Below, one piece after another: positions 19,660 to 30,087 of a DNA stretch of 64,000 bases (the stretch's first letter is position 1; every line of letters starts with the position of its first letter). Under the pieces are notes generated by a model. It had not been told where the DNA came from, ran no database searches, and was given only the letters and a program-made list of their open reading frames with translations. The stretch is from Dehalococcoidia bacterium (lineage in GTDB: Bacteria > Chloroflexota > Dehalococcoidia > DSTF01 > JACRBR01): positions 1 to 64,000 of the forward strand of contig JBGQBE010000001.1 of the NCBI GenBank assembly GCA_041494685.1, read 5' to 3'. The position numbers were made by a program, and so were the translations under genes.

Positions 19660-20742
19660 TCAGGCGGCGCGCTCTTGCGCGGCGTCCGACGCCTCGGCCT
19701 CGATCGCGGCGCGCGGCTCCGTGCGCCGCGCGGGGCGCCCGCTTGCGGGCGGCGCGCCGGCCACGGCCGCGAGATCAGCGTCCGCCATCATATGCACGAG
19801 GCTCGGAAAATCCACCTGCGGCCGCCACCCGAGGATCCGGCGCGCCTTCGAGGGATCGGCGAGCAGCAGGTCCACCTCGGCCGGCCGGATGAATTGCGGG
19901 TCGACGCGCACGTAGCGCTCGGGGTCGAGTCCGGCGCGCATGAACGCCAGATCGACGAACTCGCGCACGGTGTGCGTCTCGCCCGTGCCGATGACGAAGT
20001 CATCCGGCGTGTCCTGCTGGAGCATCAGGTGCATGGCGCGGACGTAGTCGGCCGCGAAGCCCCAGTCCCGCTGCGCGTCCAGGTTACCCAAGGCCAGATC
20101 CTGCTGCAGCCCCGCCTTGATGCGCGCGGCCGCGAGCGTGATCTTCCGTGTGACGAATTCGGCGCCGCGCCGTGGTGATTCGTGATTGAAGAGGATGCCG
20201 CTGCAGGCGAAGAGGTTGTAGCTCTCGCGGAAGTTCACGGTGATGTAGTGTCCATACGCCTTCGCGGCCGCGTACGGGCTGCGCGGATGGAACGGCGTGC
20301 GCTCGCTCTGCGGCGTCTCCCGCACCAGCCCGAACATCTCGCTGCTGGACGCCTGGTAGAAGCGTATGCCCGCACCCGATCCGGCGCGCGAGCCCGAGGC
20401 ACCCGTGAGCGACCGCACAGCATCCAGCATGCGCAGGACGCCGAGGCCGGTGATCTCCGCCGTAAGCTCGGGCTGTCCCCACGAATACGGCACGTAGCTG
20501 ATGGCGGCGAGGTTGTACACCTCGTCGGGCTGCACGCGGTCGAGCATCACGCGGAGCGACCCGGCGTCGAGCAGATCGCCTTCGACGAGTCGCACGTCCG
20601 GCAGCAGCAGTTCCACGTCGCGGCGCCTGGGGTTGCTCTGCCCGCGGACCATGCCGAAGACCTCGTAGTCGAGGTCGAGCAGGTGCTCGGCCAGGTACAT
20701 GCCGTCCTGGCCCGTGATGCCCGTGATCAGTGCGCGCGCCAT
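19660..20742 (-). CDS. gmd: GDP-mannose 4,6-dehydratase
   Basis: [56 protein letters not shown]. Confidence 0.95.
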   Translation of the reverse strand: MARALITGITGQDGMYLAEHLLDLDYEVFGMVRGQSNPRRRDVELLLPDVRLVEGDLLDAGSLRVMLDRVQPDEVYNLAAISYVPYSWGQPELTAEITGLGVLRMLDAVRSLTGASGSRAGSGAGIRFYQASSSEMFGLVRETPQSERTPFHPRSPYAAAKAYGHYITVNFRESYNLFACSGILFNHESPRRGAEFVTRKITLAAARIKAGLQQDLALGNLDAQRDWGFAADYVRAMHLMLQQDTPDDFVIGTGETHTVREFVDLAFMRAGLDPERYVRVDPQFIRPAEVDLLLADPSKARRILGWRPQVDFPSLVHMMADADLAAVAGAPPASGRPARRTEPRAAIEAEASDAAQERAA

Positions 20743-20954
20743 GCAGCCGCTCCTTCGATGCGATGACATCGGACTCACGCAGTCTAGAGATGCCCGGCCC
20801 TGTGGGCGCTACGGGATTACCCGCGTGCCGGAGGCGGAGTCACCTAATCCGGCGAGGGCCGTGAACGTGTGGCGGCCGTCAAATCAGCCAACCTTGTGCG
20901 CTATCCTGCGGCCACGGCACGCCGGCACCCGGCACGAAGCGCGGCGGTGAGAGC

Positions 20955-21983
20955 ATGAGCCAGCAAGGACCATCCGGCGGCATCGATGAGGAGCGCGTGG
21001 GCGCGTGGCTGGCGGAGCACGTCGCCGGCGCCGCGACGCCCTTCCGCTACGACCTCATCACCGGCGGCCGCTCGAACCTCACCTACCGCGTCACCGACGC
21101 CGCAGGACGCAGCTTCGTGCTGCGGCGGCCGCCGCTGGGGCCGCTGCTCGCGACGGCGCACGACGTCGTGCGCGAATGGCGCATCGCCGCGGCGCTCGCC
21201 GATACACCGGTGCCCGTCGCGCGCGCGCTTGCCGTCTGCGACGACCCCGCCGTGAACGGCGCGCCGTTCGCCGTCACGTCGTTCGTCGAGGGCGTCGTGC
21301 TGGACTCCGCGGACAAGGCGGCCGTTGCCGACGCCGCGGCGCTGCGCGCGACGTCGCTGCACCTGATCGACGTGCTGGCGGACCTGCACGCGGTCGATCT
21401 CGACGCCGTCGGGCTGGCGGACCTCTCGCGCCAGGACAGCTACATCGAGCGGCAGGTGAAGCGCTGGGCGAAGCAGTGGGCCGGATCGAAGACGCGCGAG
21501 CTGCCGCTGATCGACGAGGTGGAGGCGCTGCTGCGCCGCGACATGCCGCCGCAGCACGGCGCCACGATCGTCCACGGCGACTACCGCTTCGGCAACTGCA
21601 TCACCGACCTCGCGCGGCGCAGGATCGCGGCGGTGCTGGACTGGGAGCTCTGTACGCTGGGCGATCCGATGGCGGACCTGGGCCACCTGGGCCTGTACTG
21701 GTACGACCCATCGCACCCGCTGCCGATCACGAACGACCCTACGTCACTGCCCGCCTTCCCGCGCTTCGGCGAGCTGCTGGAGCGCTACGCCGCGCGCACG
21801 GGCCGCGACGTCTCGCGCTTCGGCTACTACCGTGGCTTCGCGGCGTGGCGGCTCGCCGTCATCGCCGAGGGCGTCGCGTCGCGCCACCAGCACCACCACC
21901 CGGACGACGCGGCCGCGCTCGCGGCGTCGCAGGCCGCCGTCGCCGGCCTCGCGGAGTTCGCGCTCGCGTGCCTCACCCGCTGA
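20955..21983 (+). CDS. Phosphotransferase (APH-like) family protein
   Basis: GGRSNLTY, VLRRPP, HGDYRFGN, LDWELCTLGDP. Confidence 0.9.
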   Translation: MSQQGPSGGIDEERVGAWLAEHVAGAATPFRYDLITGGRSNLTYRVTDAAGRSFVLRRPPLGPLLATAHDVVREWRIAAALADTPVPVARALAVCDDPAVNGAPFAVTSFVEGVVLDSADKAAVADAAALRATSLHLIDVLADLHAVDLDAVGLADLSRQDSYIERQVKRWAKQWAGSKTRELPLIDEVEALLRRDMPPQHGATIVHGDYRFGNCITDLARRRIAAVLDWELCTLGDPMADLGHLGLYWYDPSHPLPITNDPTSLPAFPRFGELLERYAARTGRDVSRFGYYRGFAAWRLAVIAEGVASRHQHHHPDDAAALAASQAAVAGLAEFALACLTR

Positions 21984-22250
21984 CGCCGTTCCCATCGACC
22001 AGAGGGCATCGTGCGGCGTAACTGCGCGGAGGGGATGCGGCGACACGAACGCGACCAAGTACCTTCTCGCGCACGCTGTCTAGCTGTCAAAGGGAGGACT
22101 GTCCAGGACAGTTTTCCCGGCGCCGACCTTCGACCTAGCACACTGCCCGGCGGGAAACGTTCACGGATACCCCTTCACAGCGGGTCTTAGCGCCCAGGCT
22201 GGATGACCAACGGTCAGCGTGGAGCGAAGCGGCATCACTGACCTTCTTGC

Positions 22251-23120
22251 CTAGCGGCGAGCGGTAGGCTCGGTCGGCGTAGCCGGATCCTCGCGAATGG
22301 CATCGAGTCCGATCATGTATTCGGGCCATTCGAGGAAGCGCTCGTACAGCGATTCAAGCTGAGCTTGCGTGACCGTGTAAGTGCGCTTCTTCGAGCGACC
22401 GAGCGCGCCCCCAAGGGGAACGACCGTCGTTGCCTTGAAAAGACCTGCAGCGAGTTGGTGTTCCTTCTCGTTGGATATCATCTCCTCCGAATCTGGCTTC
22501 TGCCAGCCTAGACTTTCAAAATATCGCAGCAACGAAATACCGTTCTCGATAGCTTCTCGGGCATCATCAGGGTCTATCTCTGCACCATGTATCGCCCGAT
22601 TGGCCACAGCTGTTACCTCACGCAATGCTTCCGCATCGATTTCCTCGATGGCGCCGAGTGCGAGGAGATCGCGGGCCACCGTTAGCGAGCTCGGGGGTGT
22701 TCGGAAATTGCGCGCCGGATCGAACGACTCGAGCATGCGCAAGAGCGAGTGTTGCAGGCGGAGTCGAAGCTGAGCGAACGCTGCGGGAGGCGACACCGTT
22801 GCCAACTCGTAGATGTCTGCGTACGCGGCTTTGACGGGGCCCTCGTTCTCCGTGACCGCCTTCTTCTGCACGCGGCTTACGGTGTCCGCAACTCTCTGAA
22901 CATCTTCGCGCTCAATGTCGGCTTCGAAGTCGAATATCTTGATGTGCCTGATGAGGTGTAGGTATGGCAAAGCGAGTATCACAGCGACGAGCGCGACCGT
23001 CACGGCGTCGACACGGAAGCGATTGGGCCAGAACAGGTGGAGAACTATCAGCAGCGCCGCGGAACTCGCCGCAACTAGAGACGCATACCTACGGACCGAT
23101 TCTTGTGCTCTGTCAAGCAT
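22251..23120 (-). CDS. Membrane-anchored hypothetical protein with possible HEPN/DUF4145-like domain
   Basis: Two N-terminal hydrophobic helices; helical domain ending ANRAIHG; lower GC than flanks. Confidence 0.6.
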   Translation of the reverse strand: MLDRAQESVRRYASLVAASSAALLIVLHLFWPNRFRVDAVTVALVAVILALPYLHLIRHIKIFDFEADIEREDVQRVADTVSRVQKKAVTENEGPVKAAYADIYELATVSPPAAFAQLRLRLQHSLLRMLESFDPARNFRTPPSSLTVARDLLALGAIEEIDAEALREVTAVANRAIHGAEIDPDDAREAIENGISLLRYFESLGWQKPDSEEMISNEKEHQLAAGLFKATTVVPLGGALGRSKKRTYTVTQAQLESLYERFLEWPEYMIGLDAIREDPATPTEPTARR

Positions 23121-23218
23121 GACTCCCCCCGCTCCTTGCAGGCCGTTCTGAGACGTTAGGCAAGTCCGCTGCCTCGCGTACAACCGCGGCAGCTCGCTGC
23201 AGCCGGCGCGTTGAACCG

Positions 23219-23519
23219 CTAGTCGGCTCCAAGTATTTGATGGATCTGGTACATAAACGCCTCCGCATCGAACATGAGCATGGACGTCGATATGACCGCC
23301 GAGAGGTCAGCTTTAACGATTTCCCAGCCCTGCTCGACCAGTTCCCGCCAGTCATTCACCGGTAGGTTGACAGTAATCACGGGCGTCTCAAGGGGGCCAG
23401 CAAGACCCGGCGAGTGGTTCGTCCGCAGTTAGCTCGCGGCGGATTGCGTAATCAAGACGCCCTTTAACGGCTTCCGAGATAAGGGCTTTCCTCTTCGGCT
23501 TGCGAGAAAAGAACCTCAT
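23219..23519 (-). pseudogene. Small hypothetical gene with a probable +1 frameshift
   Basis: GGAGG RBS, MRFFSRKPK...EPLAG, continuing in the next frame LAGPLETPVITVNLPVNDW...LGAD*. Confidence 0.4.
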
Positions 23520-23717
23520 CGGACGAAGCCTCCAAAGGGAGCGCCACTCGCGGCGAGTTGAGTTGAGATGCACACGATAACTGTCGCGTCTACGCTGAGT
23601 GTCCCACATCTAGGAGCACAGCGCATAGGCCCCGCGAGTTAGCAAACCACTGCTCTACGGACACGACCGTGGGCGGGCATCCCGGCACCAACGCCGCGCT
23701 GCGCATTCCGCACAGAC

Positions 23718-23755
23718 GACAAAGAACGGGGCCCCGTTGCCGGGACCCCGTCCTT
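23718..23755 (-). terminator. Intrinsic terminator after the cold-shock operon
   Basis: GGACGGGGTCCCG-GCAA-CGGGGCCCCGTTC followed by TTTGT on the minus strand. Confidence 0.75.
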
Positions 23756-23778
23756 GTGTGCGCTCGTGTCGTGAGCGA

Positions 23779-24042
23779 TCAGCCGTAGTGGCCTTTGCGG
23801 CCACGGGACAGCGGATCGTCGTTTCCGGGCGGCGCACGCAGCGCGCGCAACTCCGCCCACTTCGACCGCATGTGACCGGTCAGTTCCTTGATCTGCACCG
23901 TGTGGCGCATCGCGTCAGACTGACGCAGGTCGCGCACGCGGTCCGCGATCTCGCCGATCTCCGTGAGGAGGAGGCGTTCGTGGTTCGGTGGTGACAGATC
24001 GACGGTTTCCGTGGCGATCACCTTCACTCGCCACGCCCGCAT
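23779..24042 (-). CDS. Small helical hypothetical protein downstream of csp
   Basis: Open frame between csp and its terminator with plausible composition; start uncertain. Confidence 0.55.
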   Translation of the reverse strand: MRAWRVKVIATETVDLSPPNHERLLLTEIGEIADRVRDLRQSDAMRHTVQIKELTGHMRSKWAELRALRAPPGNDDPLSRGRKGHYG

Positions 24043-24076
24043 CAGGTGCGGACGCGGCGCTCACGCTGACGCGCGA

Positions 24077-24292
24077 CTATGAGGTCGCGAGACGCACGTT
24101 CACCGCACGGCTGCGGCGCGGGTCGCGGTCGTCCGGCTGCTTCTCGAACTCGACCGTCTGGCCTTCGTTCAGCTGGTCGAACACCACGCCCTGCAGCGCG
24201 GAGCTGTGGAAGAACACGTCCTCCGACGCCCCGGCCGGCCGGATGAAGCCGAAGCCACGCTCCCGCTCCAAGCGCTTGATTTCCCCTGTCAT
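24077..24292 (-). CDS. Cold-shock domain protein
   Basis: RGFGFI (RNP1), DVFFHSS (RNP2); AGGAGG RBS. Confidence 0.95.
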   Translation of the reverse strand: MTGEIKRLERERGFGFIRPAGASEDVFFHSSALQGVVFDQLNEGQTVEFEKQPDDRDPRRSRAVNVRLATS

Positions 24293-24419
24293 GTGGAACC
24301 TCCTGACGCCGCGGATAATTCCGTGGTCCGGCCGAACGGCCGGCGGACGCGACGTATACACGTAATTGCGCCGGCACCTGCTGGCGACCTCTGCCGAGAA
24401 GTCGTCTTGTGCGTCGGCG

Positions 24420-25142
24420 AACCGTGTCGAACAGGAGACTGCGGAGGGGGTTTGCTACGCCCATCGTACCCGATCCGGGCCAGATCGGCAACAGGGGGCG
24501 CCCCGGGCGGTGCGGCAGCTCTACACCGCCGGCGTGCAGGCCAACCCAGGCGCGGCCGTTGGTTGAGATGTTGTTTTTCGCGAGTATGAGGGTCAACCCG
24601 CTGTGGACTGGTATGTGCAGCCGGGACAGCCCGTGTACACAACGATCGCCGGGCAAGCGACGCTCATCGTCAACACCGTTGCCAACGCCTTCGACCACTA
24701 CGGAGTCTCTCGCGAGCCCTATCTTGGCAACCCAGACCGAGCGCGAGCGCCAGCCTCGCCGTTTTCCGGACCGAGTGGGGGAATGGGGCTCTACATGAGC
24801 GTGATCAATGACGAGTTTCGCGTTGACCTTGGACACCTCGCACTGGAACCCACGGTCGCGCACGTGCCGGTCGAAGCGTTCGCCAGCCCCTACTCACCGT
24901 CGTTCGATTTTCCCTCAACGTTCGCTGTCCCACGCAGCGCCTCGTGGGGAGACATTGTCGCGACCTGGGCTGTCCATCGCGGCGACGTTGTCGGGTTCAC
25001 GGGCGACAGCGGCTACTCCGAAGCGCCTCACCTCCACTATGCAATAACGAGGCGAGCCGACGGTGAGCGTCTTTGCGCCACGGACGAACCCGGCTTCCAG
25101 GATTCAGGCTGGTTGCTCCGGCCGGACTGGCTGACACCATGA
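24420..25142 (+). pseudogene. Degraded M23 family peptidase gene
   Basis: GDVVGFTGDSGYSEAPHLHY motif. The upstream part has an in-frame TGA (24564-24566) and an apparent frameshift. Confidence 0.7.
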
Positions 25143-25298
25143 ATTGGGGGCGGGGCGACTACAACCGCCTGCGTCCCCACAGCTCGCTGGACGACCGCAC
25201 GCCGGAGGAGTTTCGGGCGGCTGCGGCCGCCCGGCCTGGAGAAGGAACGAGGCCAGCGACTTTCTCACAATGAATGGAAGAATGCGGGGGGCAGCTCA
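25143..25298 (+). mobile_element. IS3-family remnant (transposase C-terminus and right end)
   Basis: DYNRLRPHSSLDDRTPEEF (IS3 YN..RPHS.L...TP motif), then stop and a terminal ...GGGGGCAGCTCA. Confidence 0.75.
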
Positions 25299-25407
25299 CT
25301 GCCACGCGCGCCGGGGGATGACGCGGCAGCGGGCGACCACGCGTACTTCCGCCGAATGGATCCGGGGCGGAACATGGATTCAAGCCCGGACGTTGTCTGT
25401 CCGGCTC

Positions 25408-26439
25408 CTAGGGCTCCAGCGCGATCTTGAGGACGCCGCCCTTGCGCTCGCGGAACATGTCGTAGGCGGCGGGAGCCTCCGACAGCTTCAGGCGGTGCGT
25501 GAACAGCGGCTTCAGGTGCATCTTGCCGCCCGCCACCAGTGCGAAGAGCTTCTCCAGGCGCGGCCGGCCGGAGGGACAGAGCGTGGTGACCAACTGGCGG
25601 TGGATGAAGCTGCCGCCGGTGGGGAGGGTGAGTGTGGGGAAGGCGCCGTAGACGCCGATGCTGCTGACGGTGCCACCCGCGCGCGTGACCATGCAGCAGT
25701 TCTCGAAGGTGGTCTGGTGGCCCAGCGCCTCGACGGCGACGTCCACGCCGCGGTTGTTGGTCATGCCCATGATGCGGAGCACGGCCTCGGCCGGCTCCAG
25801 CACGACGTCGGCGCCGAACTGCTTCGCCATCGCGGCCCGCTCCGGTACCGACTCCACGGCGATGATCTTGCCGGCCCCCAGCATGCGGGCGGAGGCGGTG
25901 GCGCACAGGCCGACCGGGCCCTGGGCGAAGATCGCCACCGTGTCGCCCGCCTTCATGCCGGCCCGCTCCAGCGCACCCAGCCCCGTCGAGAGGATGTCCG
26001 TCGCCAGGACGGCGTGCTCGTTGTCGACTCCGTCCGGCACCACGGCCATCGAGACGTCGGCGCCCCGCACCTTGAAGTACTGGCCCTGGCAGCCAAAGAG
26101 CAGGTTGAGCGGCGAGCCGAAGGTCTGGCAGAGCTGGATGTCTCCCTCCATGCAGCGGTCGCAGGAGCCGCAGCCCACCAGGCAGGAGGCGGCGACACGG
26201 TCGCCCTCCTTGAAGCGGGTGACCCCCGGTCCGACCTGCTCGACGATGCCCACTGCCTCGTGGCCCATCGGCGTGCCGGGCGGCAGGAACTCCATCTCGT
26301 CCACAAAGTGCATGTCGCTGCCGCAGACGGTGGCCATCAACGTGCGGACGATGACCTCGCCCGGCCCCGCTTCGCCCAGGGGCACTTCCTTCATCTCGAC
26401 CTTGCCGGTGCCCGCCTTGACGCAGGTGATGCTGTTCAT
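25408..26439 (-). CDS. Zinc-dependent alcohol dehydrogenase
   Basis: CGSDMH, GHEAVG, CGSCDRC...C structural Zn site, QGPVG. Confidence 0.93.
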   Translation of the reverse strand: MNSITCVKAGTGKVEMKEVPLGEAGPGEVIVRTLMATVCGSDMHFVDEMEFLPPGTPMGHEAVGIVEQVGPGVTRFKEGDRVAASCLVGCGSCDRCMEGDIQLCQTFGSPLNLLFGCQGQYFKVRGADVSMAVVPDGVDNEHAVLATDILSTGLGALERAGMKAGDTVAIFAQGPVGLCATASARMLGAGKIIAVESVPERAAMAKQFGADVVLEPAEAVLRIMGMTNNRGVDVAVEALGHQTTFENCCMVTRAGGTVSSIGVYGAFPTLTLPTGGSFIHRQLVTTLCPSGRPRLEKLFALVAGGKMHLKPLFTHRLKLSEAPAAYDMFRERKGGVLKIALEP

Positions 26440-26754
26440 GTCTCCGCCTTCACTCGTTGAACACAGGAGTTGATGCGCCCTGCATACCACGCCCGGCGCG
26501 CTGGGTGAACGGCCGGATGGCCTGTGCGCCGGAGTTGACGACGCGCGTCCACCTCGCCGCGGTCTTTCGGGCTTAGCGCATGCCTCCTGCCCAGACTCAC
26601 TGTGCGTCCTGGTCTCGTTGCGCGAGCTTCTTTGAAAGGCATTCCAGGATGGTGGGGGCGCAGCGATGGCCAGGGGAGTAGGTCGGGCGCTCAGTCGGTC
26701 GGTCTGGCCCGCGCACCATGTTCGCGTTGTGTGCGACGCAGCCAAGCGAGGCGG

Positions 26755-26934
26755 AGGCCGGCGACAGGATTTGAACCTGCGACCTCCGGACCCCCAGTCG
26801 CTCAGGGGCCGTCGCTAGCAGTCCTTACCGGCCCGCATGACGCGCGTCTCGAAGCTGATCTGCCGGGAATCGTCGCGGGCCGTGCCGACTGATGACGTTG
26901 GGTTGCGGCCTGTCCGTTTGCAATCGCGTTTGCA
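26755..26934 (-). other. tRNA-Pro(GGG)-like 3' half with upstream hairpin and direct repeats (att-site remnant or tRNA-like RNA)
   Basis: GACTGGGGGTCCGGAGGTCGCAGGTTCAAATCCTGTCG; no canonical D-arm or CCA; TGCAAACG repeated at 26915-26934. Confidence 0.6.
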
Positions 26935-27121
26935 GGCCGCCGGAGCGGCGACCCTTCTCGGTGAGGTACCCGTAGGGCGTGCGCGCACAGTCCTCGGCGG
27001 TGTCGGCGAACCCGTGCAAACCTGCACATTCGCACGAAAGCGCGGGGAACCCCCTACGTCCAGCGGCGCGGCGCGCGCTACCCTGCACCGTCATCAATAC
27101 AGTTCTGTTCGGAGCGTGTGC

Positions 27122-28123
27122 ATGCAGTATCGAGCGTTTGGAAACACGGATCTCAAGGTGTCGGCCGTGGGGTTCGGCATGTGGACCGTCAGCACCGGCT
27201 GGTGGGGCATCGACGACGACGACGTCGCGCGCCACCTCGTGCGCACGGCGTTCGACCTGGGCATCACCTTCTTCGACACCGCCGACACTTACGGCAACGG
27301 CAAGGGCGAGACGCTGCTGCGCGAGGCGCTGGGCGACAAGCGCGACCAGATCGTCATCGGCAGCAAGGGCGGCTACGACTGGTACACCTACGGCGACCAG
27401 CGCCGCGGCCAGAAGGAGATCCCGCAGGACTGGACGCCGGCCTACATCCGCAAGGCCGTCGAGGCGAGCCTGGAGCGACTGGGCACCGACCACATCGACG
27501 TCTACCAGCTCCACAACGCGAAGATGGACGCGCTGATGCGCGACGACACCTTCGCCGAGCTGGAGAAGCTGCACGACGAAGGCAAGATCGGCATCTACGG
27601 CATCGCCCTCGGCCCGGCCATCGGCTGGAGGGAGGAGGGGCTGTACGCGATGACCCACCGCAACTGCGGCGTCATCCACACCATCTACAACATGTTCGAG
27701 CAGGACCCCGGCCGCGACTTCTTCCCCGTCGCGCGCGAGCACGGCACCGGCGTGCTGGTGCGCGTGCCGCACTCGTCGGGCATGCTCGAGGGGCGCTACA
27801 CCGCCGACACCACGTTCGCCGAGAACGACCACCGCCGCCACCGCACGAAGGAGTGGCTCGAGCAGGGTCTGCGCAAGCTGAAGACGCTGGAGTTCCTCAC
27901 CGAGGGCCGCGGCCGCACGATCGGCCAGGCCGCGCTGCAGTTCATCCTGTCGGAGCCCAGCGTCGCATCGGCGTTCCCGAACGTCTATGACGAGGAGCAG
28001 TTGCGGGAGTTCGCCGCGGCGTCGGATACGCCCGCGTTCACGCAGGAGGAGATCGACCGCGTCGCCGCGCTCTACGCCATCGACTTCGACGAGGCCGCGG
28101 CCGCCGCCGGGAGGCCCGCATGA
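27122..28123 (+). CDS. Aldo/keto reductase
   Basis: [28 protein letters not shown]. Confidence 0.93.
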   Translation: MQYRAFGNTDLKVSAVGFGMWTVSTGWWGIDDDDVARHLVRTAFDLGITFFDTADTYGNGKGETLLREALGDKRDQIVIGSKGGYDWYTYGDQRRGQKEIPQDWTPAYIRKAVEASLERLGTDHIDVYQLHNAKMDALMRDDTFAELEKLHDEGKIGIYGIALGPAIGWREEGLYAMTHRNCGVIHTIYNMFEQDPGRDFFPVAREHGTGVLVRVPHSSGMLEGRYTADTTFAENDHRRHRTKEWLEQGLRKLKTLEFLTEGRGRTIGQAALQFILSEPSVASAFPNVYDEEQLREFAAASDTPAFTQEEIDRVAALYAIDFDEAAAAAGRPA

Positions 28124-29232
28124 GCGACCCCGCACCGACCAACGGCGCCGCCGCTCCGACGCCGCCGCCGTCGCGCCAGTTCGTGCAGTTCGTCTTCTAC
28201 AAGGCGGACCCGCGCTACCGCGCCCTGCCCGCCGCCGAGCGCGCCACCATCGCCGCCGAGGTCGAGGCCGCCGTCGCATCGATGGCCGACCGCATGCAGA
28301 TCCGCGCCTACACGCTCGTCGGCATCCGCGGCGACGCCGACTTCATGTTCTGGCACATCAGCGAGTCCATCGACCCGTTCCAGGAGGCGGCGACGCGGCT
28401 GCTGAGCACGCGCCTGGGCGAATATCTCACGACGCCGTACGCGTTCCTCGCGATGACGCGCAAGAGCCAGTACGTCGACAAGACGGAGTCGCCGGCGGCG
28501 GCCGCCGCGGCAGCGCGACGGCTGCGCATCACGCCCGGCACGTCGAAGTACCTGTTCGTATACCCGTTCGTGAAGACGCGCCCGTGGTACGCCCTCTCGG
28601 CCGAGCAGCGCCAGGCCATGATGGACACGCACATCCGCGTCGGCCGCAAGTACCCGTCCGTGAAGCTCAACACGACCTACTCCTTCGGCCTCGACGACCA
28701 GGAGTTCGTCGTCTCGTTCGAGACGGACGAGCCGGGCGACTTCCTGGACCTGGTGATGGAGCTGCGCGAGGCCGAATCCAGCCTCTACACGCTGCGCGAC
28801 ACGCCGACCTTCACCTGCGTGGCCACGACCGTGCGCGGCGCCCTCGACGCGCTGGGCACGCCCGGTGCGCAGCAGATCGCGCCGCGCGGCGACGCCGCCG
28901 GCGAGTGGACGCGTGTCGCGGCGGAGTCGGACGTGCAGCCCGGCTCGCCGCGCGTCGTGTACGTGCGCGGCGAGCAGGTGGCGCTGTTCAACATCGCGGG
29001 CCGGATCTACGGGATCGAAGCGCGCTGCCCGCACGCCGGCGGCCCGCTCGCGGACGAGAGCACGCTCGACGGCACCGTGCTGACCTGCACGCGCCACGGC
29101 AGCCAGTTCGACCTCGCGCGCGACGCCGCGATTGTCCGCGGCCCCGCCGCCCGCCCGCCCATGTCGTACGCCGTCAAGGTCGAGGCCGGCGAGGTGTACG
29201 TCGCCGCGAAGCAGGCCGTTACGCCGGCGTAG
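28120..29232 (+). CDS. Chlorite dismutase-family (ChdC/HemQ-like) protein fused to a Rieske [2Fe-2S] domain
   Basis: [11 protein letters not shown](IRVG), [19 protein letters not shown]-terminal CPH...CTRH Rieske ligands; ATGA overlap with the AKR gene. Confidence 0.88.
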   Translation: MSDPAPTNGAAAPTPPPSRQFVQFVFYKADPRYRALPAAERATIAAEVEAAVASMADRMQIRAYTLVGIRGDADFMFWHISESIDPFQEAATRLLSTRLGEYLTTPYAFLAMTRKSQYVDKTESPAAAAAAARRLRITPGTSKYLFVYPFVKTRPWYALSAEQRQAMMDTHIRVGRKYPSVKLNTTYSFGLDDQEFVVSFETDEPGDFLDLVMELREAESSLYTLRDTPTFTCVATTVRGALDALGTPGAQQIAPRGDAAGEWTRVAAESDVQPGSPRVVYVRGEQVALFNIAGRIYGIEARCPHAGGPLADESTLDGTVLTCTRHGSQFDLARDAAIVRGPAARPPMSYAVKVEAGEVYVAAKQAVTPA

Positions 29233-29236
29233 CCAG

Positions 29237-30025
29237 CTACTGGCAGAACTCCGGCAGGCATGGCAGGATCGCCGTCGTCTGCGTCATCACGTGCTGGTAC
29301 GGCGACGTGCCGCCCGTCGGCCCGGGAACCCACAGCCAGGCGCGCGCGAACGTCGCCTCTGACGGGATGTTCAGGAAGCTCAGGAACACCAGGTCAGCCC
29401 GATCGGTATGCAGCACGGCCGGCACCTCGTTGTCGTTCTGATCAAGGGCCAGTAGCGGTGCCTGCACGGCAGCTACGACCTGCCCCTTGTCGTTGTACGC
29501 AGCCGCACATCCCTGAACCGGCGGATACGTCTTGCCGGACGTGTTTCGAACCCCGAACGCGAGGCCGGCGCCGGTCTTGGCGCCCTTGCCGAAGCGCCGC
29601 GCCAGAAGGGTCCCGCCCACAACATTGATCTTCGGATCGGGCAAAGGTTGGGGCACCGTGCTGCCGCCCCCCATGCTGAAGTCGGACGATGAATAGGGCA
29701 GCATGTTCAGGCGGTCGAATTTGATATCGAACATGCTCTGGCCATGCGGCTGCGAATCAGGCGGGCAGATCGAGGCGACCTGCTCCGCCACGACGTTCCC
29801 CTGCGCATCGAGCAGGCGTCCCCGCAGCATCATCTGTACGCCCTGGACGTCCGTGTCGTTGAACATCTCGCCGTAGATGTGCGTGAAGCCTTGAGCGTCG
29901 GTGCGTATGCTCGTGTTCTCAATGCATCTTGCCGCACTCGCCATGACGCCCAGCACGACGAACGTCAGCGCGATTGTCGCCATTCGTAGTCTGTGTCCGT
30001 GAAACTTGGATAGCGGGGTATTCAT
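29237..30025 (-). CDS. Exported hypothetical protein (two FxLYD-like beta domains)
   Basis: AAGGAG RBS; hydrophobic N-terminus; GEMFNDT...LLDAQGNVV and AYNDKGQVV repeats. Confidence 0.65.
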   Translation of the reverse strand: MNTPLSKFHGHRLRMATIALTFVVLGVMASAARCIENTSIRTDAQGFTHIYGEMFNDTDVQGVQMMLRGRLLDAQGNVVAEQVASICPPDSQPHGQSMFDIKFDRLNMLPYSSSDFSMGGGSTVPQPLPDPKINVVGGTLLARRFGKGAKTGAGLAFGVRNTSGKTYPPVQGCAAAYNDKGQVVAAVQAPLLALDQNDNEVPAVLHTDRADLVFLSFLNIPSEATFARAWLWVPGPTGGTSPYQHVMTQTTAILPCLPEFCQ

Positions 30026-30087
30026 GCCTCTACTCCTTTCGTGGTCGGCCGGCTCTGCATCGAGTTCGCGTGCGCTGACGCTCCTGG

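Noticed and set aside
24564..24566. In-frame TGA as possible recoding (Sec/Trp)
   Set aside because: An accompanying frameshift indicates decay; TGA is used as a normal stop throughout the window.
26755..26834. Functional tRNA-Pro or intron-split tRNA
   Set aside because: No D-arm, broken anticodon stem, no CCA, and no recognisable 5' exon or group I intron core upstream.
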